Shown: piece after piece, positions 56,348 to 64,000 of the stretch
How positions within the stretch are numbered: position 1 is the stretch's first letter
Layout of the letters: the number at the start of each line of letters is the position of its first letter
NCBI GenBank assembly: GCA_001179505.1
Contig: CDMY01000261.1
Location: 1 to 64,000, forward strand
Length of the DNA: 64,000 bases
Direction: 5' to 3'
From: Vitrella brassicaformis CCMP3155
Lineage: Eukaryota > Protista > Chromerida
Notes under the pieces: model-generated
What the model was told of the DNA's origin: nothing
Seen by the model: only the letters and a program-made list of their open reading frames with translations
The model's database searches: none
Program-made: the position numbers and the translations under genes

Positions 56348-59300
56348 TTAATTCTGCTGCGATGCACGGTGGTCGTGCCCATGGTCCCTCTGCCCGCCCG
56401 TCACTGCTCCTCCGATGCTACGGCTATTGTCTGCCCCCCCATGCACTCCCGACATGCTGCTGCTGGGCGAGGGCGGTGACAGATGAGGCGGCAGGTGCCA
56501 CTTGGCCCCTGCACCCGACTCGCCATCGACACCTGACTCGCTGCCGTCCCTCTCATCCTGTTGGTGATGCTGATGCTGCCACAGGAGCTGATGGGTGTCC
56601 TGGTGCGGCAGGGCGTTTGGGTGGTGTGGGCCGAACGACCACATGGTGCCGTTGGCCTGCTGCTGTTGCTGTTGCTGGTGCTGCTGGGCGTGGCCCTTGT
56701 TGGTGGTGGATGGTGTCTGGTGGGCGTACACGGACGGCGAGGCGGGGTCGGTGATGCTGTCGTTGTTGCTGGGGGAGGTGCCGGGGTGCAGCATGGGGCT
56801 GAAGGGAAAGCAGAAGAGCGACTGCGACTCGTACCCGTTGGCCGGGTGTGTGTCTCCCCCGTCTGTCGACTGGTTGGTGGTGCCGCTGAGTGTGGCCGAG
56901 GCCACGTGCATCGGCCGGTAAGTCCCCGTCAGAGTGGGCTGCACCGTCATCCCCGGGGGCGGGCCCGTGACTACTGATCCTGACGACGATGTGGTGGTGG
57001 TGACGGCCTTCCTGCCTCCCTGCTGCTGATGCTGCTGGTACTGGTGGTGGTGCGATGGGCCTCTGCTGCTGCTGTGGCCGTGGCCTCCAGCGCCCCACGC
57101 ACTGGGGGCAGGGTATTGGGTGTTGTCGTCAAGTAGTGGGGGTAGGGGGCTGGAGTGAGTGCGGCTCGGCTGCTGCTGGGTGTTGCTGTTGGGGTTGCTG
57201 GCCAGCATGCTGTAGAGGTTGTTCACGAGCTCGGGGCCCACCTTCATCGTCAGCGTGCCGCCCGATGCACCACTGCACACACAGGCAGACAGCAAGCAAG
57301 GGATACGATCCATCCATCCATCGATCCATCCAATAATGTGTATCTATCTATCGGTCGTTCGCGTACCTACTAGCCTCTTGGACCTTCTGTCTAAGCAGCT
57401 CCACGAACTCGCCAGTGCCGTTGACCGCCACGGGGGCATTGTCTTCCTCACCACTGAGCCCCATGCCTACGCCCACCGCCACCCCATCCCCCTCCTGCCC
57501 CTGCTCATAGTCCTCCACATAGCTGCTACCCTGCTGGCCGTCGTCCACATAGTCAGGCGGCATGTAGATGTCCACCTCGCCCGCCTGGTTGACGTACACC
57601 TCGCCCTCGTGTGCACACCTGGGGTACCCCTGCGATGGGGGCGGGGAGGCCGGGGACTCCCTGCCCTCGGTGGGATGGGTATACTGCTGCTGGCCATCAC
57701 TGGCAGGCTGGTAGTCCGGGTATATGGGGGCTGCGGAGGCATACCCATCTCCCACACCCGCAACCGCACTCTCCTGACCCAGCCGCTGCTGCGTGCTCTC
57801 TACCTCCCCACCTCCCACACCACCCATCACCCCTCCCCCACCGCGACTGCGACCAGCCCCGGCTCCCTCTTTCCCGTTCTGGTGCCCGTAGTGCCCCGTC
57901 TGGCCCTGGCGGTGGCCATTGTTGTTGTCATCCTCATTGTCGTCTTCTACAGGTGCCATGGTTTCACTCATCGTGGCCGCGCGGGATGGGGAAGGTTTCA
58001 GCGGCGGGAAGCCGATCGCCGGCGTGGCGGCGGCTGTCGCGCCGTTGGTGGTGGTGCTGTGCAGGGTGGTGCCCCAAAGACTGCTGCCTTTTTGCTGCTG
58101 CTGCTGCTGGTGTGGGAGTTTGTGTGGCTGTGAGACCAGCGGGGGCGGGCCCGTGTTGATCTTGGGCTTGTGGGGCGCGAGTGTCTGTATCTGTGGGGGA
58201 GGGGGGCGTGGGCCCCCGAGGGAGGGGGTTGGCGATGGCGATGGGCTCTCGGGAGGGCGGTAGGGGGTGCGTGCGAAGGCGGCGGCCTCGGCGTGACGGA
58301 ACTCCAACTCCGAATGCGCTGCACACACACAAAAAGGTGGAGGGAGGGAGACGAAGGGGCTGGTGTGCTGCTTTGTGGTTTGTGTGTAGGGGCGCTGACC
58401 GAACGGGCAGAAGTAGCGATGACAGTTGGGGTAGGTGGCACACGCCTTCTGCACACCGCAGAGCAACAGACAGCACAAAGAAGAAAGACATCAAGGGGGT
58501 CGCTGTGTCTGTCTGTCTGTGTGCGTGCGTGCGTGTGCGTGTGTACCGACCATTTTGTATGTGAGTGGGTGGTACAGCTGCTCCTCCTTCGTATGGGCAT
58601 ACTTGCACTGAACGAGGAAACGACAGACACACGTACACCCGTCGATGCATCCATCAATCCTTCTGGCCGTGTCTGTCGTGGTATGTGTATGTGTGTGTGG
58701 TATGTGTACTTTGCGTTTGTGGATGCACCGGTTGTTGAGGGCCATCTTGCCGTCCCGCTCCTTCGAGAAAGAGATGTTGGGACACAACTCAGGCCTGACA
58801 CACACCACAACACACCACACCACAGGATGAATGCAGACGGCATCTTCCCATCCCTCCCTCCCAAGCCCCCTCCCTGTTCGTTAATGTACCAGTACGTCAC
58901 CTGCAGAGGATTGCGCCTCTGCAGAAACACACACAAAACATCATTGTCATTTTGTGCAGTGCGTTGCGTGGTGATCTCTCCATGCAAAGACGGGTACCTG
59001 CCAGGCCAGGCAGTGGCTATCGGGGCATCTGTCCGGCCCCCGGTCGCAACGCCGCCGCTCCGCAAACAGCCTGCAGATCCGCGTGCGGAACACCGCCAAC
59101 TCGTCCTCCGTCAGCATCTTATGCGCCGACTCTAGCTGCGAGCCCCCCTCCCTGTTGGTGCCATTGTGCGATGGCGATCCCCCACCGCCGTTGCCGTTCC
59201 CCCCATCCCTCTCCCTGTCCCTCTCCCTCTCCCGCCCCCTCGGGCCCCGATGCTTATCGTCTTCTCTCCGCCACGAAGGCGGGCTGTGGGTTTTGGGTGC

Positions 59301-59719
59301 GGTGAATGGGATAGATGTGAGGGCGGCGGACGACGGCTGGCCATTGAGGCGGCGGGGCTGTCCATCGCGGGGCCCGCCATCCCTCAGGATGCTGCGGTGG
59401 ATGGACATGTCCTTGCTGGACCGGAGGGTGCCGCTGCCGCCGCTGCTGCTGTCGTTGGGATGCATCGGGGAGTGCGGCTGCATCCGGATGGTGGTCGTAT
59501 GCGATGGGGTCAGCGGGTCATCTATGAACGGCACCTTGACAGTAGTATATCCGACGGATGGCCTTGGCCGCCTTGCTATGGTAGAGGAAGAGGTTGGAGC
59601 GATCCGATGGGCGTTGCTGATGTGCCAAGAAAGGGAACTAGCGAGGAAAGGGAGATCCTCGTAAATGCTGTTTTTCGGGAAGGTCTCTGCGTTTCTGAGG
59701 AGACACCCGTTTGCTCCAG
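56348..59719 (-). CDS. Tandem CCCH zinc-finger RNA-binding protein (Unkempt/TZF-like) with long disordered regions; 5' end uncertain
   Basis: FRTRICRLFAERRRCDRGPDRCPDSH..RRNP; LCPN..C..; C..CKYAHTKEEQLYHPLTYK; CATYPNCHRYFCPFAHSELE across in-phase exons. Confidence 0.78.
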
Positions 59720-60294
59720 CTGGTGCCGAGTGTTTGCAGATCCATCCATAATTCCATCGATCCATTATGCTACAGGCCTTTGTGGTCCTCCCTCCCCGTT
59801 TGCCTCCCTCCCTTGCAGCATTCATTGCATTCATTGTACACCCGCCTATCGTCAGTCAGCCATGCAGCGCAGCCACCCATTCCTTCTCGTAGGTATGTAT
59901 ATATGTAGGTGTCGACGTGCATGTGTATTTGTACAAGGACCGGCCCCTCAAAAAGCAAATGGATGGACAGCGTCGAAAACCGGTCAGCCACCCAAGCCAA
60001 GCCAAAACCCTCCCCCACGCCCTCCAAATACACACACAACCAACCAGCCATGCACGCAGCCAGTCAGCCATCCATCCATCCGTCCATCTTGATAAAACAA
60101 TGTGACACACGACGAGCGGTCAATCATGCCATCCATCCATCCATCCATCCATATACACACATACAACGACAAGCAAGTCAGGGTCACTCACTCAGCCAGC
60201 CAGCCAGCCGTTCGGTCGGTCGGTCGGTCGGTCAGTCAGTAGTCCACCAATGGCTACCTACCCGCTACCCTATCTGTCACTTTATCTCTCTCAT

Positions 60295-61998
60295 TCATGC
60301 GCTCTTCTTGAGGTGTGCCGGTGCCGAGCTCAGCTTCGCGCCCCCCTTCCCTCCCTTCTGCTGCGCCTTGTCCTCGCTCGTGATGACCGTCTGGGCCGCC
60401 ACGCAGGGGTCCTTGGGCGCCACCACTACCAACCCCATCCCCATCCCCAGCCCCCCTTCCACCTCCTTGCCCGCCCCTGCCATGGCGCGTGTGGTCCGCA
60501 CGGTCGACACCGTCGGGGCCGTCTGCTTGGTGCTCTTGGCGGCGACGATGGGCTCCGGCTCGCAGGGGAGGGGGTTCTCCCAGACCTTGCGGTTGTCCTT
60601 GTCCACCATGACCCACTTGTTGCCCTCCACCCGCAGGAAGTGGCCCGAGTGGCCGGCTATGTCGTCCCTCATGGGCTTGGTGAAGGAGGACACCTCGTCG
60701 GGCGAGGCGGGCGGGTCCCACCAGTCCTCCCTCTCGTCCATCGCCTCTCGCACCACACGCCTCTGCTCGGCCGCCTCGTGCGCCCGCTGCTGCCGCTTGT
60801 GGAGGTGGTCCAGCACAAAGTACACGGCCGCAATGGCGATGAAGACGCAGCGGACGACGCCAGTGAAGGTGCCCGGGTGTGCATATGGTGAGATGAGGTA
60901 GACGAAGTACTCGGCGGGGTCGCCCGTGCGGTCGTCTGTCGGGATGCGGGTGGCTGCGTAGTGCGTGTAGTAGAAGTTGTTCATGGGCTCGAGGATGAGG
61001 GCGTACACGGCCCACCAGATGATGAAGCGAGGGTTGTAGTAGTGGATGGGCAGGAGGGCCAGGAAGAACAAGGCGACGTAGAGGAAGTAGGAGCCGCGGC
61101 TCATGACGTGCAGCACCTTGTCGAAGCTCATGAGGACCGAGTCGGTCTTGCCAATGATGTTGTCCATCTTGTCGTTGAGCTGCCCCAGATTTTGGCCCTG
61201 CCGGCTGGCGAAGGCCTCCATGCCCTCCATGATCTTCTCGTCGCGTTTCTCATTGCTGGCCATGATCTTTTGCTCGCGCTCCTCATGGTGCCGGCGCAGC
61301 TGCTCCTCCCTGGCCATGCCGGCCTCCAGGGTCCTCTGGTGGTGCTGCTGGAACTCGTCGTACTGCTGCCGGGAGGTCTCGTGCATGTGCTGCAGGAACC
61401 TGGCCGAGTAGTCGAGGGCGAATGACATGCCCTGGAGGTTTTCGGCCAGCTCCCGCTGGTAGTTCTTGTGGGCGAGGAAGTAACACATGTTCTGGATCTG
61501 CCCCTCCATCTGCAGGAAGTTGCTCTTGTCGAGATTGTCCAGCTGCGTGCGGCACCGCGTGATAAGCGCCGCCTTGTCCTTCCCCTCCTGCAGGTTCGCG
61601 TCCCAGCACTCCTGCCTCATCAGATTCTGCCTGTGTCTGTCGTCAAGGTTGAAGCAGTGGAGGGCCCGAAACGTGAGCAGGTGCCGCGTGTTCCATGACA
61701 TGTTCTTGCAGTCGACCGTCCTCATCCGCGCCACAAACTGGTTGAAGCACTCCCCCGTTTTCGACTGCGCCTCGGTAGTATCGCCCGGCCTAATGCGCTG
61801 GATCAGCTTCTCGAACTGCTGCTTGCCCGCCTCCATCGCCTCTTTCGCCCCGCCGCTGCCGCCCGCCAACTCGACGGCCGACTCCCAGTGGACAATCTCT
61901 CCACCAGATGGATCGGTGGACGGGCCCTCATCGGTGGTCGATGTGCCGTAGCAGCGGGCGGCGGCTAAGAAGGTCAGAACGACAGCCAAGAGCCGCAT
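60295..61998 (-). CDS. GEX1: GEX1/KAR5/Brambleberry-like nuclear membrane fusion protein, single exon, 567 aa
   Basis: Signal peptide; six-Cys domain (CF..C..LL..C..C..C..MCYFL); long coiled coil; hydrophobic segments YFLYVALFFLALLPI, FIIWWAVYALIL, VVRCVFIAIAAVYFVL; this is the GEX1 architecture. Confidence 0.72.
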   Translation of the reverse strand: MRLLAVVLTFLAAARCYGTSTTDEGPSTDPSGGEIVHWESAVELAGGSGGAKEAMEAGKQQFEKLIQRIRPGDTTEAQSKTGECFNQFVARMRTVDCKNMSWNTRHLLTFRALHCFNLDDRHRQNLMRQECWDANLQEGKDKAALITRCRTQLDNLDKSNFLQMEGQIQNMCYFLAHKNYQRELAENLQGMSFALDYSARFLQHMHETSRQQYDEFQQHHQRTLEAGMAREEQLRRHHEEREQKIMASNEKRDEKIMEGMEAFASRQGQNLGQLNDKMDNIIGKTDSVLMSFDKVLHVMSRGSYFLYVALFFLALLPIHYYNPRFIIWWAVYALILEPMNNFYYTHYAATRIPTDDRTGDPAEYFVYLISPYAHPGTFTGVVRCVFIAIAAVYFVLDHLHKRQQRAHEAAEQRRVVREAMDEREDWWDPPASPDEVSSFTKPMRDDIAGHSGHFLRVEGNKWVMVDKDNRKVWENPLPCEPEPIVAAKSTKQTAPTVSTVRTTRAMAGAGKEVEGGLGMGMGLVVVAPKDPCVAAQTVITSEDKAQQKGGKGGAKLSSAPAHLKKSA

Positions 61999-62140
61999 CG
62001 TCTTCAGAAAAGACAGGACGTCTTGTTGGCCTCGCTGTTCATGGCGTCATCATCTCAGCCTTCACACGCGATGCTCAAGACCGCCGAAAGGCCTCGGTAG
62101 GGTGGTTTTTGACGCCTGGGCGATGTGCGATCGGCAAACA

Positions 62141-62148
62141 AGCTCGCA
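62141..62148 (-). promoter_or_regulatory. TGCGAGCT motif in GEX1/TPS divergent intergenic region
   Basis: AGCTCGCA ~143 bp upstream of the GEX1 ATG. Confidence 0.5.
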
Positions 62149-62657
62149 ATTGCAAGCTCACAAGTGTCACGAAGGCGTGCAGCACGGGACGGTGTGTGGC
62201 GAGAGCGTTTGCTGCAGGCAGCGAAAAGGAGGCGTATCTTGGCGTCACATGTGAATCAAGCGTGAGGCTGCTGCCAGAGTGACAGGGCAAACAGCGGCTG
62301 ACCAGTGAAGAGGAGCATACGTGCCGGCGGCTCCTGAGCGAGTTGGGCTGAAGATCTCAGCCAGAGAAGCGCATCAGGTGCGAGCAGACAGGCACAGCCA
62401 GCAGTCGATGGTGCACTGACTGTTGTGCGTGGGCGCCAGGGGTCAGCCAGCCGGGGGAACCGTGTCAGTGGAGCAGCCAGGCAGTCAGAGGCCCGCGCCT
62501 GTGTCATGCGAGTGAATCGTTTTCTGCGTCTGAGACACACTGCACTTACCTGCTGCGTCTGTCTGTGCGTCTGTCTGTCTGCGTGTGTGTGTGTGTGTGT
62601 GTGCAGGGCAGGGAGGGGTGCATTCATTGCCCGTCCCAGATTGTGTGCGGACGGCCG

Positions 62658-64000
62658 ATGATGAAGCTGTACACTAAGGTGTTCTTTCGGGCGGTCTTCA
62701 ACACGGACTTCGGGGAGCGGGTGCGGGTCGTGGGCGACTCACCGCTGCTCGGTATGCTCGATGGATGGATGGATGTGTCTGTGTGTGTGTGTGTCATCCG
62801 CTGTCTGTGTGTTTGTTCTGTGTGGCAGGTTCGTGGGATCCCAAGAAGGGCCACGAGCTCAAGACCAGCGAAGAGCTGTAAGCACCGAGCCAGCCAGTCT
62901 ATCTATCTGCTTCGTCGAGTCCATCCATCCACCGATGCATGTCATGTGTGTGGTGTGTGGTGTCTGTCAGGTTTCCATCATGGTTTTCGCTGGAGCCGAT
63001 CTTGCTGCCGATAAAGGAGAAGGTGCAGTACAAGTATGTGATTGTCGACGAGACCGGCAAGCTCATCAACTGGGAGGAAATCGAAGACAACCGAGAACTC
63101 GTGCCCACCGGTGAGAGAGGGAGGGAGAAAGGGAGGGAGCAAGGCAGGCAACAGGAAGCGAAGCGAAGCGCGCAACCAGCGGTCTGTTGGCTGGCTGGCT
63201 TGTAGGTGTGGAGATGACTGTGGAGGACGACAATGGGCTGTATCGCGAGCAGACACAGAGCCATCTCGAGAGCTACTCGATGGCACTCGACGCAGAACAG
63301 GTGCACACACAAAGCACACACACACACACACGCACGCACGCACCAGATTCACCACACAAAGCACAGACACGTCAAGAATTTATCCGTGGACTCATTTCAT
63401 TGGTGGCTGCAGCAACTGGTGACGGATTCCAAGCAGCGCGAGGACCAGGTGACGCAGGCGCGTGTGACGTACGTGCACCAGCAGGAGATGGACTCCATGA
63501 TCGACGAGAACGACACCCTGCTCGTCGTCAGCTTCGAGCTGCCCGTCAAGGTCTCCAAGTCAGAGGACGGACAGTTCGTCGTCACCCCGGGAAAGGTCAG
63601 TCAGGGTCTGCCTATACGTCTGTGTGTGGATGGATGGGGTGGCTGGCTGCGTGTGGTGTGGTGTGGTGTGGTGTGGTGTGTGCAGACGGCTTTGTTGCCG
63701 ACGTTGTATCAGCAGCGGAAGAAGACCAAGATCCCCGTCAAGACCATCGGGTGGCCGGGCATACACGTGGAGGACCCGAGAGATCAGGAGGAGGTCAGCA
63801 GTGAGTGCATCCATGGGTGTGGGGTGTGTGTTGGTGTCCATCCATATATTGCATTGTCTCGTGTGTGATGTGAGCAGATAGAGCGCTTGTTGGCAGACTA
63901 CGACTGCCACCCGGTGTTTCCCCCCAAGAAGGAGCTGGACGAGTACCTGGCCTTCTGCCACAGATTCCTCTGGCCCCTATTCCACAACGTCGTCATACTC
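62658..64000 (+). CDS. TPS: CBM20 + trehalose-6-phosphate synthase (GT20) protein, truncated by window end
   Basis: CBM20: VFFRAVFNTDFGERVRVVGDSPLLGSWDP..L..FPSW..QYKYVI..WE; GT20 start: LLVVSFELPV..IGWPG..CHPVF..YLAFCHRFLWPLFHN. Confidence 0.9.

Noticed and set aside
1-64000. The hundreds of short six-frame ORFs containing THTHT, VCVCV, PSIHPS, DRQT
   Set aside because: They are translations of intronic microsatellites or antisense frames of GC-rich exons, not genes.

Overview
Eukaryotic nuclear DNA, GC-rich and gene-dense. Introns are short GT-AG introns packed with microsatellites ((GT)n, (GATG)n, (GACA)n, (CT)n). Gene content (SF-assemblin, BBS9, HPR/RAP organellar repeat proteins, CBM20-fused trehalose-phosphate synthase) and intron style point to a chromerid alveolate, probably Vitrella brassicaformis (inference). 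About 22 genes were reconstructed by manual splicing, and there are three 300-N assembly gaps. Most notable observations: (1) a structurally complete 322-bp non-autonomous Ty1/copia-type mini-LTR element (68-bp LTRs, 5-bp TSD, half-tRNA-type PBS, PPT) just upstream of an HPR gene; (2) an 8-mer, TGCGAGCT, seen in seven putative promoter regions; (3) a GEX1/KAR5/Brambleberry-like nuclear-fusion gene; (4) an intron-laden gene resembling a Bacteroidetes-type glycosidase-fold protein; (5) an in-frame TGA-CTA inside a continuous coiled coil; (6) a frameshifted adenylate kinase; (7) a possible SH3/SF-assemblin fusion transcript. Exon boundaries were read by eye, so gene ends and some starts are approximate.
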